A stretch of 64,000 nucleotides of DNA from Piromyces finnis finn. Taxonomy: Eukaryota > Fungi > Neocallimastigomycota. Position 1 is the first letter of the stretch; each line of letters opens with the position of its first letter. The stretch covers positions 62,001-126,000 of the forward strand of contig MCFH01000084.1 in NCBI GenBank assembly GCA_002104945.1. The letters are read 5' to 3'. This document shows positions 1-11,666 of the stretch, piece after piece. Under the pieces are notes generated by a model. That model ran no database searches and had not been told where the DNA came from. It saw only the letters and a program-made list of their open reading frames with translations. A program made the position numbers and the translations under genes.

Positions 1-1900
1 AAGGAACTTTTAGCTATTATAGTTGCTCTTGAAGAATGGCGTCATTATTTAGAAGGTGCACGTCATCCGTTCATAATTTATACTAATCACAAGAATTTAA
101 CATTTCCTAGAAAACCTGAAATGTTATCTCAGAGACAAATTAGATGGAATTTATTCTTATCCAGATTTGATTTTAAACTCATTTATAGAACTGGAAAGAA
201 ATCCGGTAAGCCTGATATCCTGTCTCGTAGAAGTGATCATTTGGTGAATGATTTTGATTCTGATGTTTCTTGTCTTACTATTTCACTTCATCATAGCGAT
301 AATAAACCGTTAATCGATTCTATTCTACTAGAACTTAAAAATGACGATTTGTATAATTCATTGTCCAATTTAAAATAAATGATTCTGCAAGTAATGCACC
401 TATTAAAAATATTGATAAAGTTATTATTGATAATGAAGGATTTTTGTTATATAATAATCTTATTTATGTTCCTAAATCTCTTAGGACAAGAGTTTTTGGA
501 ACTCCATCATGTTTTCGTTGCTGCTGACCATTTCGGCATTAAGAAAACTGTCGAACTTATTTCAAGAAACTTTTGGTGGCCAAGAATTCATTCAGATGTT
601 AAATCCTTTATTAAATCTTGCGTGACTTGTTGCAAATACAAAGTCCCCAGACATAAGCCTTATGGATTGTTATCCCCTTTGGACACTCCTAGTAGGCCTT
701 GGTCTGATATTTCTATCGACTTTATTGTTGATCTTCCTATGTCCAGAGATATGACAACACTTATGGTTGTTGTCGATAGATTTACTAAATTTGCTCACGC
801 CATTCCTTTACGTTGTCTTCCTACCGTTTCGATTGCTGCTGATGTTTTTATTGCTAATGTCTTCCGTTTGCATGGTCTTCCTGATTCCATCATCTCTGAT
901 AGAGGCTCGCAATTTACTTCTGACTTTTGGTCAAGACTTTGTGACCTTCTTAATATCAATCATTCATTATCGACTGCTAACCATCCGCAGACAGATGGTC
1001 AAACGGAGAGGGTGACCGGCATATTAGAACAATATTTCCATTGTTTTATAAATAAAAAGCAGAATAACTGGGTTGATCTTATCCCATTTGCTGAATTTGC
1101 ATATAATAATACTTTACAGCAATCTATAAATCAATCCTCATTCTTTGCTAATTATGGTTTTCATCCAAAGTTCAGTTTAGAAATTCCATCTAATGATAGA
1201 TCTAGTAGAGCTGAACAAAGAGTAATTGATATGAATGAAAACTTTAAATTATTAAAAGAAAACTTAGAAAAAGCAAAAGAAACATATAAGAAATATGCCG
1301 ATATGAAAAGAATGAGTCCCCCGGAGTTCGAAGTGGGAAAGAAAGTATGGTTATTGAAAGATTCTCCTGGAACTAACTTGAAGAAAAAATTAGCACCTCA
1401 AATGCTTGGTCCATTTGAGATAATTGAAAAAGTTAGTTCTCTCGCTTTCAAATTGAAATTTCCAAAGACAATGAGATGCCATCCAGTTTTTCATGTCTCA
1501 TTGTTAGAACCATACTTTGAAAATGAATTTAACGATAGGTGTAACCGTAGGAAGAAGAACATTCACCTTAACACAGATTTAATTGAAAAAATTCCAGAGA
1601 AAATTGAAAAGATGAAATCTGTTAATGGTGAAACATTTTATAAGTTATCATGGAAAGGATTTGACAAATCCACTTGGATTTCTGAAGATCAGATTCCAGA
1701 TAAACAATTAGTACAAGAGTTTGAAAGAAACTCTAAAAAGTCAAAACATAAGTCGAACGACACCTCCATGAAAATTAAAAAGAATAAAGTTGGTAATCTA
1801 ATCAAGCACAGAACCAACCATTTGTAATTGAAATTCCTTCGAGAAAGGATTCCCTATAAATTAATCTCGCAGGAGCTCGACTTAGAGAGAGAGATTGTAA
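1..1900 (+). mobile_element. Ty3/gypsy (chromovirus) LTR retrotransposon, 3' part of pol: RNase H end, integrase, chromodomain; frameshifted; PPT and probable start of 3' LTR
   Basis: Frame +1 from base 1 reads KELLAIIVALEEWRHYLEG...RWNLFLSRFDF (RNase H). ORF 379-1827 has the HH..CC zinc finger, DFIVDLP / SDRGSQF / DGQTER (DDE), GPF motif and a C-terminal chromodomain. Stop/frameshifts lie near 376-490. Purine tract AGAGAGAGAGA at 1884-1894 is followed by TGT at 1896. Confidence 0.92.
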
Positions 1901-2639
1901 AGTTATCAAACGCCTCAGCTTGATATCTTTAATGTAACTTAATCCACAAGTATTATTATTTAAGTTACACAATTTATATTACAGAAAAAGAAAATGAGAC
2001 ATAATTTATTTATTAATAATTAAAGTTTGAAACAAAATAAATTATAAATTTATTTTTAATGTTTTACAAATATATTAAATTTCTCAATTTAATTTCTTAG
2101 TTTTAGTATTGTTTTTGATAGAAAAAGATGAATAATATATAAATAATAAATGATTAATATATAAATAATACATGGGCACATATTCAAATTGAATAGTACT
2201 TAATTTGAACTGCCAGTTGTATTTTACTAAAAATAGTTATAGTTTAAATATTTATTAATAATTAAGATTTTAGTGTAGGTTTTAAATAATAATATATAGG
2301 AAATAAATAGTTATAATATAATATAAATGTATTTAGGAAAAATATAAATAGAAGATATTTTTCATCATTTTTCTATGTAATTGTTATTAATAAAATTCCT
2401 ATTATAATAAAAAATATTTTTTAATAAAACAATTTTTATTTTTTATTTTAAATTTAGTGTTATTGTAATAGAATAGATATCCTAATCTATTCTTTCTGTG
2501 TCACCATTACATATTTACATTTATATATATATTTTTTTATTTGCGTAATCCATTAAGAATTTCAAAATTTAATATTATTATTATAGGTAGCCTTTAAAAG
2601 TGGACATGAATCTTCAATTTTCTCGTTTATTTCTAATAA

Positions 2640-5492
2640 AATATTATTAGAAATAATTCCATAATTTTAATATTATTATTTTTGATTAAAAGGAAAGATA
2701 TTAACTCATATCTTTCTCATTAATATTTAATGGATTACCTTTTTCCTCTGCACAATCTATTAATATTTTTATTACTTCAGCATTATCTTTTACAATTGCT
2801 AATAAAAGTGGATATTGTTTGTAATTGTTACTTTCATCTTTATCCAAAGATATTTTTATTTGTTTAGAGTAATCTATTAAAAGGTTTATAATTTCAATAT
2901 TACTATTACGAACAGCTAATAAAAGTGGATACCATCCATCTTTATTTTTACTATTGATTTCTAACCTCATATTAATAGCATTAGCATAATTAATCAAAGT
3001 TTAACATTTTTAACATTATTATTACGAATAGCTAAAAGAAGTGGATATCATTCATTATGTTTTTTTATATTAATATTTAATTTTTTATTTTCTTTTTTTG
3101 CATTATTTAACTTTTTCTGTTCCTTCATTAAAAGCTTGTAAAAAGGAAATATTTTTCTCAAAAGTTCATTACTTTTACTAAAAGTTTCATTCAATTTAAA
3201 GTTTTGATTATTTTTATTCTGTTCCAATAACATCAATGTTTGAGTTTTTGGTATTTTTGAATTGATTCTGAATAATCTTTAAATTAATATTATGACGAGA
3301 AACATAATCAATTAATAATTTAATCATTTCTAAATTATCAAGAGTGGGAAATATTATTGTTTTCTTCACTAATATTTAATGGGATATTTCTCTCAGAAGC
3401 ATAGTCAATTAATAGTTTCAATATTATTATTTTCAATAGTTAATAAAAGAGGATAATCATTTTTTTTGATTTTTTTTTTAATATCCAAAGGTTTACCATA
3501 ATGATAGTCTGTATAATCAATCATAAAGTTTATATTTTTAATATTATTGTTTTTAATTGCCAATAAAAGTGGATATCATTCATCTTTACTCTCCTTTCCA
3601 ATTTCAATATTATTATCTTCTGCATATTCTTTTAATAACTTTAAAATTTCTGAATTATTGTTTTTAATAGCCAATAAAAGTGGATACCATCCATCATTAC
3701 CCACCTCTTTTTTAATTTCAATTTTAATGTTATTATCTTTTGCATATTTCCTTAATAATTCTAAATATGCTAAGAATAAAAATATTATTATGAATATTAA
3801 CGATAGTAATAAGGATAATAAATCGCCAATTTCAATAACTATTGAAAATAATTATTTTAATATAGTAAAACTATTAATCGGATACGCTAATGAAAATAAT
3901 ATTGTTTTAAAAGATTTAACAGAGAAAAATGTCAAACAAAAATATCCTATACTTTGGGCTTTTCGTAATAACAATTTAGAAATTACAAAATTATTAATTG
4001 CATATTTTGATAGATATAATAAACCATTAAATATTGATGAAAAAAATAATAATTTAAACTTTCAATATTATTGTTATATACTGCTAATAAAACTGGATAA
4101 TATCCATCTTTATCTTTATCATTCATATTTAACATTATATTGTTCTCATTAGCATATTCTTTTAATAATTCTGTAATTTTCATATAATTTTTATCAATAG
4201 TCCAGAGAAGTGGAAACTTTCCATTTTTGGTTTTCCGTTAATATTTAAAATTATTTTTTTATCTTTTACGTAATTGATTATATCTTTAATAATAGTAGTA
4301 TTATTATTTGAAATAACTAATAATAATGGATACCATCTATCATCATCACTATTATTAATATTTATTGATATATTCTTACGATTCGCATATTTTATTATTA
4401 ATTCTGTGATATTAGTATTATTATTTTTGATTTCCCATAAAAGTGGATATGATTCATCATTATTTTTTTCATTTATTTCTAAAGTAATTTTTTTACTTTC
4501 AGCATATTTAATTATTAATTCTGTAATATCAGTACTATTTTTACGAACAGCAATAAAAAGGACTTTATCTATTTTTATTTTTTACTTCAATATTTAACAA
4601 TTCCTTATCAGCATAGGTTATCAGTAATTCAATAATTTTATAATTATTCTTTTCTGAAGTTAGTAACAATGGTAAATTACCATCATTATTTTTATCATTT
4701 ATAGCAAGCTTAATATGATTATTGTTTGCATATTCAATTAATAATTTTGTTATTTCTATATTATCATTACGAATTGCCAATAATAAAGGAAAAAATCCTT
4801 CATCATTTTTTATATTAATATTTACTTTTTTGTTATTTATTTTAGTTTCTTCTAATATTGATTTAATATTTTTAATATTATTATTACGAACAGCTGATAA
4901 TAATATTTTATCATATTCATACTCTAATACTGAGTTGGAAAATAATTTTCTCCATAAGATTTTTTATCTTCATATTCACTTTTATTAATAGAGAGTCTCT
5001 CGTTTTTGATATTTAAATTTAAATATTGTGATTTTTTATTTTTTTCAAGTAATATGAGTATATCAATATTTATTTTTAAGGTATCCTTAATATCATTTTC
5101 ATCAATATTTATAAAATTTTTTTTCAATAACATATTCTATGATAAGTTTTATAATTTCAATATTATCATGACGAATTACTGATGTAAGTGTAAAATACTT
5201 TTTATTATTTTTTTCCATTAATCTTTAATGTAATATTTTTGTATAATTAATAATTCTGTTAATTCAATATTATTATTTTCAATAGATTTTAATAATGAAT
5301 AATCTCTATATATATTATTTTCATTGACATTCAAAGTAGTATTTATATGATTAGCATAATCAATTATTATTTTAACAATATCGATATTATTATTTTCGAT
5401 AGCCCACAGGAGGGGAGAAGATCCATCTTTATCTTTTTCAGAAATTATTTTCTCATCATGTTTATTTTCAGGTAATATTTTAACTTTATCAA

Positions 5493-5534
<42 letters not shown>

Positions 5535-5540
5535 TTCCAA
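2640..5540 (-). pseudogene. Ankyrin-repeat gene(s), fragmented by stops, frameshifts and an inverted insert
   Basis: Repeated units such as KDGWYPLLLAVRNSNIEIINLLIDY, KDGYYPVLLAVYNNNIES, DGNLPLLLTSEKNNYKIIELLITYA and DGSSPLLWAIENNNIDIVK occur across several short minus-strand ORFs. Confidence 0.85.
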
Positions 5541-6682
5541 AATATTAAGTTTTTTCCTTATAAAACCTTTCAAAAATTTTCTTTTATTAAATATATTTAA
5601 AAAAAAATATATTTATTATAAATTAAATTAAATAATGAAAATTTTATAAAAAATAATTGTTTTTCTTTTTTTTTACATTTATAATTATTATTAATATTTT
5701 TATCTTTTTAATAAATCAATGCTAAAAATATTAATTATTTTTCTTTCTTCTTTTTTTATACTTTTAAAATGAATATGTATATAATGATAACTTTTAACTA
5801 TTTTTCTTTTTTTTTTTTTTTCATACACTTTTATTTTTCGATCAAAGCAAAATAAAAAATTTAATTATGTTTATGTTACACGATAATTAATTAAAACTTA
5901 ATTAAAATTAAAATTGTCAGAATATATGAAATGTATGATACATGTATTGACATATATAGTCACATTGTAGTTTGAATGGAATGTAACAATAGTAGTTCTT
6001 TATTATAAATTATATTAATAAAGTTGACATAATTATAAAACCTAAATTAACAACTCCTAATAAAAATAATATACAAGTCTATTTAATAATAAAAAAAAAA
6101 TTATATTTATGTAGGTAAAATCCACTTTTACTATTAAAAATGACATTGAAATGTCTTTTTCCCTTTTATATTAATGAGATGAATTATTTTCAATTTTATA
6201 TTTATAAATAATATTTATAAATAATAATTACTAAAACTAGAAATAACAAAGTATTTTAAATAGCCTATAAATAATAAAATAATACAATAACCCCTAACTT
6301 TATTATTAAAATAAAAATAAAGCTTTAAAAAAAATTATAAAAATTATTAAAGCTTATAAAATACTATAAAATTCTTATAATAAATTTGCTAACTTTTGAT
6401 TAAGAAAAAATCAATAATTAAATTACAAATCTTTTTTCATTATTATCTAGTTTTAATAGTATCAAAGAACAAAAAAAGTTTTATTACTAATTAATGAATA
6501 TATTAAAACTTTTTCTATTGCTTTTTCAATAATCCATTTTTGTTATTATATTTATTAGAACAAATTATATATAAATAACAAGAAAAAAGTAAAAAAAAAT
6601 GAAATGAAATTTATTATTTTAATGGTTTCACTTTATTTACATATATTATATTAATTAAATAACACAAGCCTGTTTTTTTTTT

Positions 6683-7531
6683 TCAATATTTGAAATTATG
6701 AATATATTTAACAAATTTTGGATTTAAAAGGTCAACAATTTCACTATGACCAATATCCAATTTTTCTATTTCTTTCATATCAGCATAGGAAAGTTTGAAA
6801 TCAAATATGTTAATATTTTCTTTTAATTGATAGTCATAATCAGACTTTGGAATTACAATAACACCACGTTGAATATTCCAACGAAGTGCAATTTGAGCAA
6901 CAGTTTTATTATATTTTTTACTAATTTTCGTTAATATAGTATTTTTAAAAATATTTCTTTTTCCTTCATTTAGAGGTGCCCATGCTTCCGAAATAATACC
7001 ATAATTTTCCATTGTTTTAAGATTAAGATTCTGTTGATTGAAAGGATGCATTTCAACTTGATTGATCATAGGCTTAATCTTAACAGTTTGAGTTTCGCAT
7101 ATATCAGCAATTGTGTTTGGAAAACAATTAGACATACCAATTGCTTTGCAAGCACCTTCCTTATACATATTTTCAAGTCCTCGCCATGCTCCTAAATAAT
7201 CAGCCATTGGATGATGGAGTAACATTAAATCAACGTAATTAAGACCCATTATATCAAGAGAACGCTTAGTAGCTTCTTGAGCACCTTCAAAAGAATAATC
7301 TGGCAAGAATAATTTAGTGGTAATGAAAATATCTTTACGAGGAATGCCACTTTCACGAATAGCTTCACCAATTTCCTTCTCATTCTTATAGGTTTGAGCT
7401 GTATCAATTAAACGATAGCCTTGTTTAAGTGCAGCAAGAACATAATTCTTAGTTTTATTTGGGGATACTTTAAAAACACCAAGACCAACCATTGGCATTT
7501 TTATACCATTTGCTAAAGTTTTAAATTCCAT
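6683..7531 (-). CDS. Aldo/keto reductase (2,5-diketo-D-gluconate reductase-like), intronless, bacterial-type
   Basis: GLGVF, GYRLIDTAQTYKNE (catalytic D, Y), FITTK (K), LMLLHHP (H), AIGMSN, NQVEMHP and IPKS motifs in an intact 282-aa ORF. Confidence 0.92.
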   Translation of the reverse strand: MEFKTLANGIKMPMVGLGVFKVSPNKTKNYVLAALKQGYRLIDTAQTYKNEKEIGEAIRESGIPRKDIFITTKLFLPDYSFEGAQEATKRSLDIMGLNYVDLMLLHHPMADYLGAWRGLENMYKEGACKAIGMSNCFPNTIADICETQTVKIKPMINQVEMHPFNQQNLNLKTMENYGIISEAWAPLNEGKRNIFKNTILTKISKKYNKTVAQIALRWNIQRGVIVIPKSDYDYQLKENINIFDFKLSYADMKEIEKLDIGHSEIVDLLNPKFVKYIHNFKY

Positions 7532-7853
7532 TGAATTAATCAGAATGTATAATTATTAATATACTTATATTTTTATTCCTAGATTTAAAAATATTAAAAT
7601 ATTATAACAAAAATTAATAATTAAGAAGAAGAAAAAAGTATACTTTTAAGAATTTTATATCATAATTTAATTTAAATTTCATTTAAAAAAATTCTTTAAT
7701 TCAAATATAATATTTTGACATTTTATTATTAGTATTAATATTATTGTACATTTTATAATAATTTTCTTATTAATTTTACATCAAGAAATATTTAAATATA
7801 CCATATAAATTAAAAACTATTTTAAAAAAAAATATTTATTATATAGTCCATAC

Positions 7854-7887
<34 letters not shown>

Positions 7888-9612
7888 TTTTAATTTTATA
7901 TCAAGAAATATTTAGATATACCATATAAATTAAAAACTATTTTAAAAAAAAACTTTTAAATCATATTTATTTATTTTATTTATTTATTATTTATATATTA
8001 TTATACAAATAATTAAATAAACCATTATGTTTATTTCAATTTAACCGTTAAATCCTACATTTAATAACATATTATTAAAACAATATTTAATAACAATATT
8101 TAATAACTCTCCATTTTTTTTAATTATATGTATATTAAAAATATGTTAGTTTCAATCATTTATTTTTAAAATTATTGTATAATAATTCATGGAGGCATAA
8201 ACAACATAAATAACATATTTAAAAAGTATTAATTCCTTTATAAATAAAACATAAAACATAAAAAACAATTCTATTAAAAATTTTCATTTATTTACCAAAG
8301 TCAATTTCTACATAAAAATTATAAAATTTAGAATTTAAATTATTCCTAAATATATAATATTAAAATATATATAAAACAATATATTAAGAAACGATATTTA
8401 AAAACAATCTATTATAATTGTTGGTCCTAAAGATATTGTGAAAGTATGTAAATATTAAAATAATAACAGTAATAAACATTTACATAACATAATAGATTAA
8501 AGATTCAATTTTAGATTTTTTTTTTTAAAACATAGTTTAGATTTTATAAAAATGTAAAAAAAAAAAAAAAAATTAAACACATACATAAATATATTATATG
8601 TATTTACATGTATATTGTTATTATATAATTTTTAAAATAAATGATAATAAAACTAACTCATAGAAATAACATTTAAAAAGTATTTTTTACAATTATTTCT
8701 ATAAAAAGGTTAATATAAATATCTTTATAAAAAAAAAGCATAAATAAATAATTAAATAAATAAAAAGTTACTATTAAGAAAATATATTATGATAATTACT
8801 AATATTATATTATATAACCATTGTTTTAAGAACATATATATTTTTAATAAAATATTGATATTTTCTGATATTATTTTTATAAAATATATACTATATTCAC
8901 TTATTTACTTTACTATTACATGATATATTTAGAAATATTAAAAGGAAATAACATTTTTATATATACTTTTTTTAATTATATTTTTTATTTCCTGTCACAC
9001 CATTAAATTAATGATATTTAATATATATTTAATATATATTTAATATATAGATTCATATATTAATATTATTCAAAAATATTATTCGTTGAATTAAATTAAA
9101 AATATTTTTATATAAAATTTAATATAAATCTAAGTTTAAATTTAATTTATTTTTATTGAATTTAAAAATAGAATTTTTCTTTCAATAAACAAAATATATG
9201 AATGTAATATATTAAACAATATAATACAGTAATTATCCTCACTAAAAATTGAAATTTTAATAGTAATTAAAATTTCATTATTGAAATAGAATTTTTTATT
9301 TTATTTTTATTAATTACGATAATTAAAAAAAATATTAATAAATAATTAAAAAAATACCTTTTTTTTTTTCAAATATATAAATAAAAATAATAAGAAAGAA
9401 ATATTTAAATTTTTTTTTATTCTTTATTTTTTATAATTCTAAAAGTTATAAAAAAATATATAACTTTTTTTTCTCCTTATTTAAAAAAAATAAATAATAA
9501 AACATATAAAAAATATATTTATTATTTTAAGTAAATTAATATTCAAACTAAACAATAAAACTAATTGTTGTATATATTCAATATTTAATTAATATTTGAA
9601 AGAAAAAAAAAA

Positions 9613-10437
9613 ATGTTTTTTGGTAATAAATCAAAAGCTGTAAATATCGAATATAATTTTCAAAAAGAAGTTCCATTAGGTAAATTTGAATACCTTTTTA
9701 AATTTTCATTTTTTAGTTTATTATTACAGTAAAATCATTTTAAATTTTCATTTATTAGTTTATTAATTACAATAAAATCAATTTAACAAGTTTAATTATA
9801 TGGGTTATTAAAAATTCTACTAATAATACTAATATTAATTAATAAAAAAATTAAAACATAATTTTAATCTATAATCTATACAAAGAAAAAAGACAAGAAG
9901 AATCAAGAAAGATTTTAACTAATTATCCAGAAAGAATTCCAATAATTGTAGAAAGATTCCCAAATTGTGAATCAGTTCCAGAATTACAAAAAAAGTAATT
10001 CTATTAAACTTCATATTAAAAATTAATTAATTAACAAACTAAATTTTATATAAATTTAAAATAAACTAAATATAATTCATATATAGCAATGAATATAAAA
10101 TTTAAAATATTTAATTTATATGTTTTAAAATAATATTATTAGAAAATTCTTATGTCCAAGTCAAATTACTTTTGGTCAATTTACTGAAACTGTAAGAAGA
10201 AAACTTCAATTGGATCCTTCTCAAGCCTTATTTTTCTTTGTTCCAGATTTAATAAGTAATGAAGTTGTAATTTCCGATCTTTATGAAAAGAAAAAGAATC
10301 AAGAAGATGGTTTTTTAGTATGTATATAAATAATTTTTAATATATTATTTTTGAAACATTTAATAATTTTTTTTAAATATATAATATTATTCTAATAATA
10401 GTACATCACTTATTCTGGCGAAAATGTTTTTGGTTAA
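9613..10437 (+). CDS. ATG8: ATG8/LC3-family ubiquitin-like protein, divergent, 4 exons (9613-9679, 9886-9994, 10143-10317, 10402-10437), 128 aa
   Basis: Manual GT-AG splicing gives MFFGNKSKAVNIEYNFQKEVPLEKRQEESRKILTNYPERIPIIVERFPNCESVPELQKKKFLCPSQITFGQFTETVRRKLQLDPSQALFFFVPDLISNEVVISDLYEKKKNQEDGFLYITYSGENVFG*. All junctions stay in frame. Confidence 0.9.
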
Positions 10438-10464
10438 ATCTAATATTTAATAACTAAAAACGAT

Positions 10465-10504
<40 letters not shown>

Positions 10505-11596
10505 AATAACGCGTATCATAACCATAATCATTTATTTTTCTTTCAAATAATAATTTGATGTTTTAAATATAATATAAACTACTGTATACTTTTTAACCCT
10601 AATATTCAAAATAAAAAATAAAAAAAGTCTTTTTCTCAAATTTTTGTAATATTTTATATAATTTTATATAATTTTGTTTATTTAATATGATGAACCTTTG
10701 TTTTTTTTTAAAAAAATAAAGTATGTTATAAGAAAATAAAAATAAATAAATAAAAAAAATAAAAAATAATAAAAAAAAAAGTTGATATAGACTATGAATA
10801 ATAAATTTTAAACTATATTTAACACTAAATGTGCAGTCTTCTCTTTATTCCTAATATTAATAAAGCCACACCAAAAAAACATTCTAAATCTTAAGTATTG
10901 TCAAAAAATTATTTGTAATACATTTTAGGTTATATGATTGTTAATTAGATGGAAATATACTCAAATAATTTATTTAAATGAGTTAAAAATTGTTTTCATG
11001 TTTAAAGCCTAAAACCTATAAGACTATAAAATTAACCTTGTATATTATCTTTCCATTTTTTCCCTTTTATATATATATAATATATTAAATATAAGATATA
11101 ACTATTTTTTTAAGTTACATTAGGGATATATATTTTCTTTTAAAGTATTATAATAATAAATAATTTTAGTTATTCCATTTAAATAATATCTACCTATTTT
11201 TTTTTATCTAAATTTACAAATAAAATGAACTATTAAATATTATATAGAAAGAAACTTTTTTGTAAAATTCAAAAATAATTGGCATTTTATTTATAAAGTG
11301 AGAAAAGAAGAAAAAAAGTTGCTATAAAATAATTTTCCTTTTTTTTAAGTCAATAAAATTGAAAAAAAAAATAAAAATTAGAAAAATCCTTTATTTTTCA
11401 TTTCTTCTTATTAAATTAAAACTATTATTTACATAATATAATGAAAATTACATTTCTGAATAAATATATAATAATAAAAAAAAAGGAAGTTGCAATTCTT
11501 TCTTCATATTTCAATAAATATTAATTAATATATGAAATTACAAATTTTATTTATTGATTGATTATTCTATTTTATTTTATTTTATTTTATTTTATT

Positions 11597-11627
<31 letters not shown>

Positions 11628-11666
11628 TTTTCATTTTTCTATTGTTTTAATATCAATATTATAAAT

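Noticed and set aside
6683-7531. Aldo/keto reductase as a xylose reductase belonging to the xylB cluster
   Set aside because: It resembles the bacterial DkgA-like group, lies ~55 kb from xylB, and its substrate cannot be inferred from sequence.
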